From Eledone cirrhosa (lineage: Eukaryota): DNA of 64,000 nt. The first letter of the stretch is position 1; the number at the start of each line of letters is the position of its first letter. The notes under the pieces are model-generated. The model was given only the letters and a program-made list of their open reading frames with translations. It was not told the DNA's origin and made no database searches. Both the position numbers and the translations under genes were made by a program. Shown here one piece after another: positions 52,616 to 64,000 of the stretch. Location of the stretch: NCBI GenBank assembly GCA_964016885.1, contig OZ024753.1:43152001-43216000 (forward strand). Direction: 5' to 3'.

Positions 52616-52879
52616 ACATTCATTCTTTCCCTCTCTTCCCCCCTCACCCGCTCTCTCTCTCTTCCCTCCCCCACCATATCAATTCAACTCTGTCTGAAGA
52701 GCCACTGCAGTCTATTGGTCAGAGAGTATTCTATGATGACACAGTTAAGACAACTTAATGGTCGGACAACTGTTGAGGCGGGTAAAATTGTTCAAGCTAA
52801 ACTTTGTCATCTGCACCACTCCTTCCCCCCTTCACATTTACACATACAGTCGTCTGTGTACACATACAGTCGTGTGTGT

Positions 52880-53275
52880 ACACATACAGACACACATACT
52901 ACACATTCACACATACAGACACACATACTACACATTCACACATACAGGCACACATACTACACATTCACACATACAGACACACATACTACACATTCACACA
53001 TACAGACACACATACTACACATTCACACATACAGACACACATACTACACATTCACACATACAGGCACACATACTACACATTCACACATACAGGCACACAT
53101 ACTACACATTCACACATACAGGCACACATACTACACATTCACACATACAGGCACACATACTACACATTCACACATACAGGCACACATACTACACATTCAC
53201 ACATTCAGACATACATACTACACATACAGACATACATACTACACATTCACACATACAGACATACATACTACACAG
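52880..53275. repeat. 29-bp CA-rich minisatellite
   Basis: cacatacagacacacatactacacattca, ~13 copies. Confidence 0.92.
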
Positions 53276-53499
53276 AAACAGTCAAATACACACAAATGAA
53301 TATAGACTCATTACATATTCACACATACAGACATGTGTGCACACACACATTCACTATACATTCACACACACACATATATACACCAATACACAGAACACAT
53401 TCACACACATAGAAAGACAACCAAACACACTCACACATATAAATACACACAAAACACGAGAAAGACCATTAAAGATGGCTGAATTAACTGCCTACTAAA

Positions 53500-53790
53500 C
53501 TTGACTAAGTGGTTAAAGTGTTTGACTCACAATCTTGAGATTGTGAGTTCAATTCCCAGCAGTGCAGTGTGTATCATTGCCCCAGTTTACTGAGCTGGAG
53601 AAAACTGTGCCTGTAATTCAATAGGCCAACCTTGTCAGACACTGTGCCCTGCTGAATCTCCCTGAGAACTACGTTAAAGATGCAGATATCTGAGGAATGC
53701 TCGGCCACTTGTATATTAATTTCTATCAACTGAAATACTGCCTCACTGAATCGCCCTGAGAATTACGTTAAAAGTACAGATATCTCTAGA
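53500..53790 (+). mobile_element. Old tRNA-derived SINE
   Basis: agtggttaaagtgtttgactcacaatc..gagttcaattcc head. Body resembles 29680-29815. Confidence 0.65.
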
Positions 53791-53836
53791 ATAAGAAATC
53801 TTGCAAAACAAATTCAAAATCGAAGTATATATATAT

Positions 53837-53871
<35 letters not shown>

Positions 53872-53950
53872 GGACCTGGTATTTTTATCTAAAGACATTT
53901 TTTCCAATTCCACCCCGCCCGTCCCGTCAATTTATCTTATTTCTCATTCT

Positions 53951-53986
53951 TTTTATGATGAAAGACTAGCGTCCGAAACGTCAAGA
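53951..53986 (+). ncRNA. Minimal hammerhead motif (ACGT stem III), C3 mutated
   Basis: tttt-ATGATGA-a-agactagcgtcc-GAAA-cg-TC-aaga, inside a TA-bounded element (53872-54075) whose tail recurs at 48568-48612. Confidence 0.55.
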
Positions 53987-55054
53987 CCCTCTTCCTGCTA
54001 TTTCAAGCGTTAACCTAATATATTCCTTCCATATACTGTACCGATTGTGTTGTTATTTCTGTTTACCTTTTACATACATAACATATATACACATATATAT
54101 ATATAATTGTGTGTCCGCGTGTGTCCAAAAAATGTATACACACTTTGAATACCTGTACAGGCAATATTTATTAGAATGCTATTGAAATGTGTTTCAGATA
54201 TTGTACTTAGGGTGGGCCATACAACCAATAAAAACACACGCACCTGTTGTTATAAAACACAGCAAAGTTACTTCCCTTCTTGTCACTCTTTAGTAATTGA
54301 GCTCGTGAACATATTTTTTTAGAAGTTAGAACTTCGTGTTATGATCACTTACTACTATGTAATGACAACTTGAATTTATATATTTGAGTTTATCATATTC
54401 CACATTGTATTTTATTTTACCTTATTCAATTTTACACCGAAGGATTTACCATACCTATTATTATCAAGGTAAACTGATTTCGTTTTACGTTTATTCTGTA
54501 GGTATTCCTTTTCCAGCCACATAACTGTTTACAACTTAATTCTTTGCTTCAACATATTTTATTTTAAATCAAATTTATACATTCAGTGGTAAACCATAAA
54601 TGCTAAACCTTCACTAAACGTTCCTTCCAAAATTTCAGCTGTTACTAATATTGACGTTTAAATCTATAACAGGGCTTTCATTTACTTCAAACTTTCACCC
54701 AAATACAGCAAAAGAGAAACAAAAGAATAAACACAAAAAGACCCTCCCCCAACCGAAAGAAATCCTAGTCCTAAAAGAAGAACCCCCTACCCCAAAAAAC
54801 CTAGTCTTTCATTTATATCGGAACCATTCTCGTTCTTTTACCCAACTAGAGAAAAAAAATGGTGCTTCCATAGACTCCACCCTTAGTGGAACAATATAAT
54901 CTTCATTATCACATATATATTTATTTTATTTCTTGTTTCTAATTTGTAATAATTCACACATTCCATGTTTTCTCCGATATGCAATATATATTTTATAGTT
55001 AATATATTGCGAAGTTTATATTAAGTTATACAAACGGCTTTTGTCACAATTTCT

Positions 55055-55245
55055 ACAAAAGATATATGTCTACCCTTTGTGTACTTTCATTTCTTGAAAA
55101 AGTGGTGGTGCGTGTAGATAGAGATAGATAGACAGATATATATATAGAGAGAGGCAGAGAGATAGAGACAGAAAGAGATAGATAGACAGATATATAGAGA
55201 GAGGTAGAGAGAGAGATAAAGAGATAGACAGAGAGATAGAGGCAG

Positions 55246-55276
<31 letters not shown>

Positions 55277-56395
55277 CAGATAGAGATAGATAGACAGATA
55301 GAGATAGATAGATAGACGGAGAGAGAGAGAGAGACATAGATAGATAGATAGACGGAGAGAGAGAGAGAGACAGATAGATAGATAGATAGATGGAGAGAGA
55401 GAATGGGTGTTATGAATATATATATATATAAAATAACGAATATATATATATATATATATATATATACGTAAAAATATGATATATATTATCTATTCATTTC
55501 AATATATAGCCTGAAATTGTTTCCTCTCTCTCAAGTGTCTTTTCATTTTAACATTACTTATATAACCATCTCTCACAAACATCATTTTTATGTAATGTCT
55601 CAGATACAGGGATTCGTTGCGTGATTAAAACAATTAGTTGAGAAGCACGAAAATATATTTTTGTTCCTCCTTCCATGTTCTTCATGCAAGCTATATCAAG
55701 CTATATCAAGCTACCTGGACTTTCCTGCTTCCATTTCTTCATAATTTACCTTTTTACCTTGTTAGAGTAATTCTGATTTTGTTTTTTTGGGGGGTTTTGG
55801 GTTTTGTATTGTTTTTACAAATTATTTCTCTCTCTGGCATTTGTATTTGTCGATCTTTCTTATTTCTTCTAGAAATAATATTCTGATGAATTGTATATAT
55901 ATATATATATATATAATATATATATATATACACACACACCAACACATATACATACATACGTATATATACATACATACGTATATATACATACATACGTATA
56001 TATACATACATACGTATATATACATATACATGCATATATATGTATATATACATATATATATACATGCATATATATGTATATATACATATATATATACATG
56101 CATACATATGTATATATACATATATATATACATGCATACATATGTATATATACATATATATATACATGCATACATATGTATATATACATATATATATACA
56201 TGCATACATATGTATATATACATATATATATACATGCATACATATGTATATATACATATACGAGTATATACATATATATATATACGAGTATACATTATAT
56301 ATATATATATACACATATATATATATATACACACATATATATTCTTTGAATATATTCTACTTTTGATATATATATATATGTGTGTGTGTGTGTGA
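55055..56395. repeat. GATA/GA and TA/CA microsatellite blocks
   Basis: Blocks at 55115-55402 and 55893-56395. Confidence 0.85.
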
Positions 56396-56794
56396 TATAC
56401 ACACCCAAAATATACAATATAATTGAGCTTTTAACAAAAGAAAGCAGTTTGACTTAAAACAAGAAAACAAACAAGAAGCTATTGGTTTGAGAAGTGTAAA
56501 TTCAGATTTGGAAATTCTGAATCGTGACACGTTGCTTGTTGTACAACCACGTTCCTAAAACTTCCTACTAAAAGATAGTTTTTTTTGATTATTCATAAAA
56601 ATCCCCCAACACGTACACACACACACACACACACACACACGCGCGTACGTACACGCACACACACATAATATACATAATAAAAAATGACGGACTGAGATAC
56701 AAAAAACAATTAGTGTTATTACGTTCACACTTTGATGAAAGAGAAAAAATACATATACACACGTATTGTTAAATATGCTGGATCTGTCATCTCC

Positions 56795-56975
56795 TGGATT
56801 GGCAGTATCGGTAGAGGGTCGGACGCCATGTTTTGAAGCATAGTTACCTCCCTTTATGATCTGAGTTCAAATCCCGCCGAGGTTGACTTTGCCTTTCATC
56901 CTTACGGGGTCGATAAAATATAGTACCAGTAATGCACTGGGGTAATTGCTGGTCTTGTGCCGAAAGTAGAAACAA

Positions 56976-56980
<5 letters not shown>
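56795..56980 (+). mobile_element. SINE family A
   Basis: Consensus match. Confidence 0.9.
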
Positions 56981-57015
<35 letters not shown>

Positions 57016-57016
57016 A

Positions 57017-57050
<34 letters not shown>

Positions 57051-57051
<1 letters not shown>

Positions 57052-57239
57052 ACGAAGGAAGTGTAGTAAGGAACCAGGTGGACCATAACGCACCATAGTA
57101 CTCAATACTTAGGGTAGTAGAGTGGGTAATAGGAAAAGAGTCAGGACCCCAATGGTTGAACTCCGGCCGTTTCGACAGCTAGATCAGACCTAGCTGCCGA
57201 ACAGGCAGGAGCTCAGCCGTCGGGGTCCTGACTATTTTC

Positions 57240-57240
<1 letters not shown>
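57051..57240 (-). mobile_element. Family 1 palindrome+tail element
   Basis: TA tracts on both sides. IR ~57132-57240. Confidence 0.85.
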
Positions 57241-57283
<43 letters not shown>

Positions 57284-57291
57284 ATAAAGTA

Positions 57292-57390
57292 ATAATAATT
57301 GTTTCTACTTTTGGCACAAGGCCAGCAAATTACCCAGTACATTACTGGTACTTTATTTTATCGGCCCCGTAAGGATGAAAGGCAAAGTTA
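57292..57390 (-). mobile_element. 5'-truncated SINE A
   Basis: TSD-like agtaataataat, at the tail end of a family 6 element. Confidence 0.8.
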
Positions 57391-57391
57391 A

Positions 57392-57443
57392 ATAGTAATA
57401 ATAATAAATGTGAAGACTAAAATCCGAAGAGCGCTCGATAAGG

Positions 57444-57483
<40 letters not shown>

Positions 57484-57570
57484 CCGTAGAGCAAATATTT
57501 ATTAAAATAACAGATTAAAGTTTAAGCAAAGAATCGCTACTTTCACCCTTAACGGGATCTTCTGAAACTG
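57392..57570 (-). mobile_element. Family 6 element retaining the full HHR frame
   Basis: 57519-57569 minus: agttt-CAGAAGA-tcccgttaagggt-GAAA-gtag..ttgc-TT-aaact. Confidence 0.75.
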
Positions 57571-57618
<48 letters not shown>

Positions 57619-57621
<3 letters not shown>

Positions 57622-57861
57622 GGCCGGTGGAATTGGGTGAGCCAGGGTGGTGCTCCTCCCCTAATAATTTTGTCTCTCCTAAAACTACCAAAACACATCT
57701 ATTTGTATATGCACTACAATTTATATACATGTTATGTTTATCGCATATCGAAGTTTTTTTTAATATATGGGTTGATATCTGATAACCTCAAACTAATTAC
57801 TACAACTAAATTGATCAAATTTGCCCTTCCCACTCCATTCAGAAATGCCTCCACCGCCCCT

Positions 57862-57862
<1 letters not shown>
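57619..57862. mobile_element. MITE with CAGGG termini (hAT-like)
   Basis: TIRs cagggccggtgga / tccaccgcccctg (12/13). No clear TSD. Confidence 0.6.

Positions 57863-57958
<96 letters not shown>
57863..57958. repeat. Pure (GT)n microsatellite
   Basis: Direct inspection. Confidence 0.98.
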
Positions 57959-57959
<1 letters not shown>

Positions 57960-58498
57960 GGACTCTCCCGTTGATTTCGATGTATGAGAACCCAACAATT
58001 TTTACTCATTTTGGATGTTTATGTCGGGCAAGGCATTTTAGTCCCATCAACACTTTGTAAACAAGTCCTTACTCGGGTCGTGCAAGGGTAAGGTTAACAG
58101 GATAACGTTGCTGGGATGTTTTTGACAGATATAGCTGGATTCTAAGGTCCTAGGCCGATTATGATACACAGATATTCAGTCCCTCTCTTCTAGGACCACT
58201 AGCTCTCACAAGGTGTATTGAATGCTGAAAGATTACATGTCAGTTTGTCTTTGAACCTGAGACATGACTGTGTCTAACATTTTCAGGGGTGGTGGAACTG
58301 GGAGTGCCCCCCCCCACCCAGTTTGAACCTGTCTACTGACACTTAGCTTGAATTCTTTCTGCCTTTGTTCTCTAAATATAGTTTTTAAAGAATTCCCTTT
58401 TCTTTAAACCCATCAACCAATGACCTCCACCCATCCCAATCCCCACCCTCTCCTATCATCAGAAGAGGTATAGATACCACCACATTACTTGGACAGTC

Positions 58499-58549
58499 GG
58501 CTTCATGATGATTTCTCCCGAATGAAACAGTTCTAGTTCTGTAGAAGCT
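58499..58549 (+). ncRNA. Hammerhead-like motif (family 2) with A at position 3
   Basis: ggcttc-ATGATGA-tttctcccgaat-GAAA-cagttctagttctg-TA-gaagct. Confidence 0.6.
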
Positions 58550-58582
58550 TTTCTATATTAAATAAATATATATATATATATA

Positions 58583-58777
58583 TAGGAACGAGTAGGACAC
58601 CGACGGCTGAGCTGAAGCCGTTTCGACGGCTAATTCTGGCCGTCCAGAATTAGCCGTCGAAACGGCTTGAGCTCAGCCGTCGGTGTCCTACTCGTTCCTA
58701 TTACCCACTCTACTACCCTAAGTATTGAGTACTTTGGTGCGTTATGGTTCACCTGGTTCCTTACCACATTTCCTTCG

Positions 58778-58780
<3 letters not shown>
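58583..58780 (+). mobile_element. Family 1 palindrome+tail element
   Basis: IR 58583-58700 with GAAA-cggct..agccg-TC. Tail runs to a TA tract. Confidence 0.85.
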
Positions 58781-58813
<33 letters not shown>

Positions 58814-59601
58814 TACAGAAGATTATTTTTCACTGATGTACAGAAAATCTCAATGAAAGGTAGCTAAAATTATCTCTTCATAGATTAATAGTGAGACGAT
58901 CGTATTTTAGGTTACTTAACTAGCAACCTCCATTTTTACTAACTTAGTAAAAGTTTGCTTTCATCTTTTCGCATGTCACATTGATTAGTTTGTTATTGTT
59001 TATCTTAGATATTCCACTGAGGTTTTCTTGTTTGACATATAAAACTTGTGAGCTTGACTAATCCCTTATCGGTTTGACACTTTCGGTATAGGTATAGAAA
59101 ATGGAGTTGCTTCATTACTTTATGATGTTTGTCATCTATGGCTTCTTCATATGTATTATTTCATAACTCTGTAGAATGTTTGTGCAGCGTTGTGTGTCCA
59201 TAATGACAATTCATTTCCAGTTTATCAACAGGAAAGTTTGAGATGTATTCACAACATTCATCAAAGGATAAATTCCTTCGTTTTGGGGGTTGATGTTTGT
59301 TTTTGAGTAATGATTCATCGTTTTCTTGAAAGAATCGTTATATATATATATATAATATATGTGTGTGGCTGTGTGTGTGCGTGGCTGTGCGCGTGTGTGT
59401 ATGTGTGTGTGTGTGGCTGTGTGTGTGTATATATATATATACATGTAGATGTGTGTGTATGGCTATGTATGTATACAAATGTATATTTACAAACATGTAT
59501 ATATAAACACACACACAGACACACTCATATATATATACATATATGTATATATAAACACACACACACACACACGCACACATATATACATATATATATACAC
59601 A

Positions 59602-59643
<42 letters not shown>

Positions 59644-59698
59644 AACACACACACTCATATATATATACATATATATATACACATATATACACACACCG

Positions 59699-59730
<32 letters not shown>

Positions 59731-59868
59731 CGATATATATATATATATATATATAATATAATATAATATAATATAATATAATATAATATAATATATATAT
59801 ATACACACACACACCTATATATACACATATATAATATAAGATCAAAAGATGGTTAAAAGAGTTCCAAG

Positions 59869-59936
59869 TATTTTATTATGCACATTTCAAAAACAAATAT
59901 CATGGGATGATATCTGCATTCTCATCAGATAAAATA
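59869..59936 (-). ncRNA. Minimal type I hammerhead (left arm)
   Basis: tattttat-CTGATGA-stem II-GAAA-tgtgca-TA-ataaaata. Confidence 0.75.
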
Positions 59937-60231
59937 GGGATACATGATATGAAGCTTAAAAAACACTTGTGAATAGTGAAGTTTTAAATCAACATATGAA
60001 AAATAAATTATTGATGTGAGATTGGGAAAAAGTGAGGGGGGGGGGGGTGGAAAAGGTAAGGAAGAGGATGAGATCCTCCCCCACCATTCTTTACTCTCAC
60101 CTCTTCCTCTTCCTTACCTCCCCCCCCTCACTTTTTCCCAATCTCGTACATCAATCTTAATTTATTTTTCATATGTTGATTTAAAACTTCACTATTCACA
60201 AGTGTTTTTTAAGCTTCATATCATGTATCCC

Positions 60232-60302
60232 TATTTTATCTGATGAGAACGCAGATATCATTCCATGATGATATTTGTTTTTGAAATGCGCATAATAAAA
60301 TA
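60232..60302 (+). ncRNA. Minimal type I hammerhead (right arm)
   Basis: tattttat-CTGATGA-gaacgcagatatcat..atgatatttgttttt-GAAA-tgcgca-TA-ataaaata. ATGCGCAT is a palindrome. Confidence 0.8.
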
Positions 60303-61514
60303 CTTGGAACTCTTTTAACCATCTTTTGATCTTATATTATTTATACTCCAGTCCTACAAACTGTAGAGTGCTACTTATCCGATATTTGCATTGCTTTAAA
60401 CTCACCTCCTACATTATATATACACATATATATATATAAGCAAACCTTTATACATCTCTTTAAGAAACAACTTAGCAACACCTGCTGCTTTTTTCATTAA
60501 ATCATTCTTCTTATTTGTTTCAATTCTCCTCCATAATTAAATATATTGTTTACTTGGAGATATTTCTATAATATCACCTCTTGCTTTATTTCCAACCTTA
60601 TTTCGTTTCGTTCTTGAACCTTTACCACAAATAGCAATAACAGCCTACAACACATCTTCAACCTGTTCCTCCTCTCTCTCTCTCTCTCTCTCTCTACATT
60701 TACTGCCCCTCTCTCTCTCTACACATTTACTGCCTCTCTCTCTCTCCTTTTTATTTACTGTCTCTCTCTCCCTCAGTATATACATGTCTCTTGCTCCTTC
60801 GCTGCCCCCCCCCCCCCCTCACATCTCTCCCTCTCTCTATATATATCTTTCTCTCTATTTATATATGTCAACCCTTATCTCACCCTCTCTCTATATATAT
60901 CTTCTCTCTCCCTCTGCTTCTCTATCTCTCTCTCTCTCTGTCTCCCTAACCCCTCTATCTCTATATATCTCTCTATCCCCATATATCTCTCCATCCCTAT
61001 CTCCCCCCTCTCTTGCTATATATATCTCTGTCCCTATCTCCTCTATCGCTATATATATATATATCTCCACCCTTATCTCTATCTCTCTCTCTCTCTCTCT
61101 CTCCTTCTGTCCATCTCTTTCCCTCAGACTCCCGCTGATTCTCGGTATTCTCATTAGCACACTGAATCGATATTTATATAGAAAATATCAGTTTTTCTGC
61201 AAAAACAACCCCAAAAAACAAAACTAAAAAAACTACTAAAAATAAGAGGAGAGTTGAATAAAGTAACAAAAGCTATCTTCTTTCTTTTCTTGGTGCGACT
61301 CAATTGTTATAGTATTGTTACCAGCAGGGAGTGTCTTACAAAGATATGATTAGATGTCTAAATTGAGTTTTAACTATTGTTAAACGACAACACAAGAATA
61401 CAGGCAGGAAAAACGGTAAAAAAATGGAAAAAAGAACAAAATAAAAAAAAAAAAAAAATAATAAATATGTAATAAAAAAATATATATATTCTGAATATGT
61501 ATGTGTGTAGATAT

Positions 61515-61564
<50 letters not shown>

Positions 61565-61733
61565 GTGTGTGTCTCTGTATATAGATGTATGTGTGTGTAT
61601 ATATGTGTGACTGCATATATGTATGTGTGTGTGTGTGTGTGTGTATATATATGAGTTTATGTGCATATGTAAGTGTATATATATATATGCATGTGTTTAT
61701 ATAGATATGTGTATATGTGCATATGTGTGTTTG

Positions 61734-61772
<39 letters not shown>

Positions 61773-61989
61773 CTGTGTATGTCTAAAATTAAAATATGAA
61801 AAGATAAAATAAAAGCAAAAAATAAACATAAAATAAATAAATAATTAAATACATTAAAATATTTGAAGGAATGAAAAGCAAGCTAAAGCCAGATAGGAGA
61901 ATATAAAATACAAATTTTCATCATGTAAGTTGTGATTATAACAATAATTATAATAATGGTTTATTTAAGGACAAGGCCAGCAAATATGG

Positions 61990-62800
61990 GGCTCTATTAC
62001 TGTATATATTTGAATATAAGCTGACCCCTATATTACCATATATATTGGAATATAAGCTGACCCTCTATTAATGCATATATTGGAATATGTCTCTGTTACT
62101 GTATATATTCGAATATAAGGCAATCCCTATATTACTGTATATATTTGAATATATGCCTCTATTAATGTATATATTGGAATGTAAGCTGACCCCTATATTA
62201 CCATATATATATTTGAATATAAGTCGACCCTTCTAATACTGTATATATTAGAATGTAAGCCTATATTAACGTATATATTCGAATGTAAGCCTCTATTAAT
62301 GTATATATTCAAATGTAAGCTGGCTCCTATATTACCATATATATTTGAATATAAGTTGACCCTTCTAATACTGTATATATTCGAATGTAAGACTCTATTA
62401 ATGTATATATTCGAATATAAGCCAAACCCTATATTACTGTATATATTTGAATATGTCTCTATTACTGTATAAATATTTGAACATACGTCTATTACTGTAT
62501 ATATATATTGGAATATAAGCCTCTATTATTTCATATATTGGAATATAAGCCTCTATTATTTCATATCCAGCATAGTTACGTCCCTTTACGATCTGAGTTC
62601 AAATCCCGCCGAGGTTGACTTTGCCTTTCATCCTTACGGGGTCGATAAAATAAAGTACCAGTAATGAACTGGGTAATTGCTGGCCTTGTGCCTAAAGTAG
62701 AAACAATTATTTCATATATTGGAATATAAGCCTCTATTATTTCATATATTGGAATATAAGCGTCTATTATTTCATATATTGAAATATAAGCTGACCCCTC
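61990..62800. repeat. Imperfect ~30-35-bp AT-rich minisatellite
   Basis: ctattactgtatatatttgaatataag variants. Confidence 0.85.
62567..62710 (+). mobile_element. 5'-truncated SINE A inside the minisatellite
   Basis: Near-identical to 45403-45548. Flanked by attatttcatat. Confidence 0.9.
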
Positions 62801-63354
62801 TATTTTAAGTTTGAGAAATGAGCCAAAATCCAAACCTTATTTATGTAGAATTTAAAGTGGGTGAAAATCATCAAAATATTGATCAGATATAATTTGACTC
62901 TCCTTCTAACATTGATTTCTTTTTGTCATATATTCCTTGGCTTATATTTGAGTATATACAGTATATATCAATTCAGTACTTGACTGCTACTTCCTGTTAT
63001 TGATGCAGAAGTCAATAAACCAATCTATCAACAACAATTTCAATACCAGGTCAACCCGTAACAAAGGCGGAACAATCCTTTAACACTCTATGGCTCTTTA
63101 TAGTCTCAGTTCAGGTCAGGCTTCTGCCTGCTACTAGTACCGTGTAACCCAGTACAACCGGATTCTCAGTATTTTGTCTAATGGCTCCGCCAATCCCCTA
63201 GTTATTTATTTTAACTATGGAATATAACAAAACCATATTACATAATATTTTACAACTCTCATAGAAAAATAATTATAAAGACAAACAATAATATTTTGCT
63301 GTGATTGTTCCAGATGAGGTGGAATATATTAGAGAGTGAAAGCATGGAAGTAGA

Positions 63355-64000
63355 GGTAACTTTACCTATCTGTTTTGGAGTAGCTTTACCTACCTGTATT
63401 GGAGTAGCTTTACCTACCTGTATTGGAGTAGCTTTACCTACCTGTATTGGAGTAGCTTTACCTATCTGTTTTGGAGTAGCTTTACCTACCTGTATTGAGG
63501 TGCTTTACCTACCTGTATTGGAGTAGCTTTACCTACCTGTATTGGAGTAGCTTTACCTATCTGTTTTGGAGTAGCTTTACCTACCTGTATTGAGGTGCTT
63601 TACCTACCTATATTGGAGTAGCTTTACCTACCTGTATTGAGGTGCTTTACCTACCTATATTGGAGTAGCTTTACCTACCTATATTGGAGTAGCTTTACCT
63701 ACCTATATTGGGGTAGCTTTACCTACCTATATTGGGGTAGCTTTACCTACCTATATTGGGGTAGCTTTACCCATCTGTTTTGGAGTAGCTTTACCTACCT
63801 GTATTGAGGTGCTTTACCTACCTATATTGGAGTAGCTTTACCTACCTATATTGGAGTAGCTTTACCTACCTATATTGGAGTAGCTTTACCTACCTATATT
63901 GGAGTAGCTTTACCTACCTATATTGGGGTAGCTTTACCTACCTATATTGGGGTAGCTTTACCCATCTGTTTTGGAGTAGCTTTACCTACCTGTATTGAGG
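63355..64000. repeat. 24-bp satellite/minisatellite running off the window
   Basis: ttggagtagctttacctacctgta with a 23-bp ttgaggtgc variant. Confidence 0.95.

Larger units (their letters stand above)
59831..60417 (+). mobile_element. 510-bp palindrome+tail element (family 8-related)
   Basis: Arms ~59831-60068 and ~60105-60340. Tail 60341-60417. TA-rich flanks. Confidence 0.88.

Noticed and set aside
54110-54150. Tc1/mariner-like terminal sequence (gtgtccaaaaaatgtatacacacttt)
   Set aside because: No partner TIR or transposase remnant found.

Overview
AT-rich, repeat-saturated eukaryotic DNA, intronic or intergenic. The SINE/RTE repertoire resembles what I recall from octopus (coleoid cephalopod) genomes; this is inference, not a database match. 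No host protein-coding gene can be supported, and almost all ORF-track entries are microsatellite artefacts. The real coding remnants are LINE reverse-transcriptase C-termini (CR1, several RTE-type, one Ingi/Vingi-like). Also present are several tRNA-derived SINE families, a non-autonomous Helitron, TTAA (piggyBac-type) MITEs and minisatellites. The main finding is that at least 8 unrelated short repeat families sit inside (TA)n tracts and share one architecture: an asymmetric palindrome plus a 3' tail, carrying type I hammerhead ribozyme (HHR) motifs (stem I-CUGANGA-stem II-GAAA-stem III-UH-stem I). Many have minimal or palindromic stem III and a recurring U.U at the base of stem II. They look like 3' stubs of microsatellite-targeting Penelope-like retroelements (PLEs). 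All motifs were read by eye, none has been folded or tested, and coordinates of degenerate repeats are approximate.
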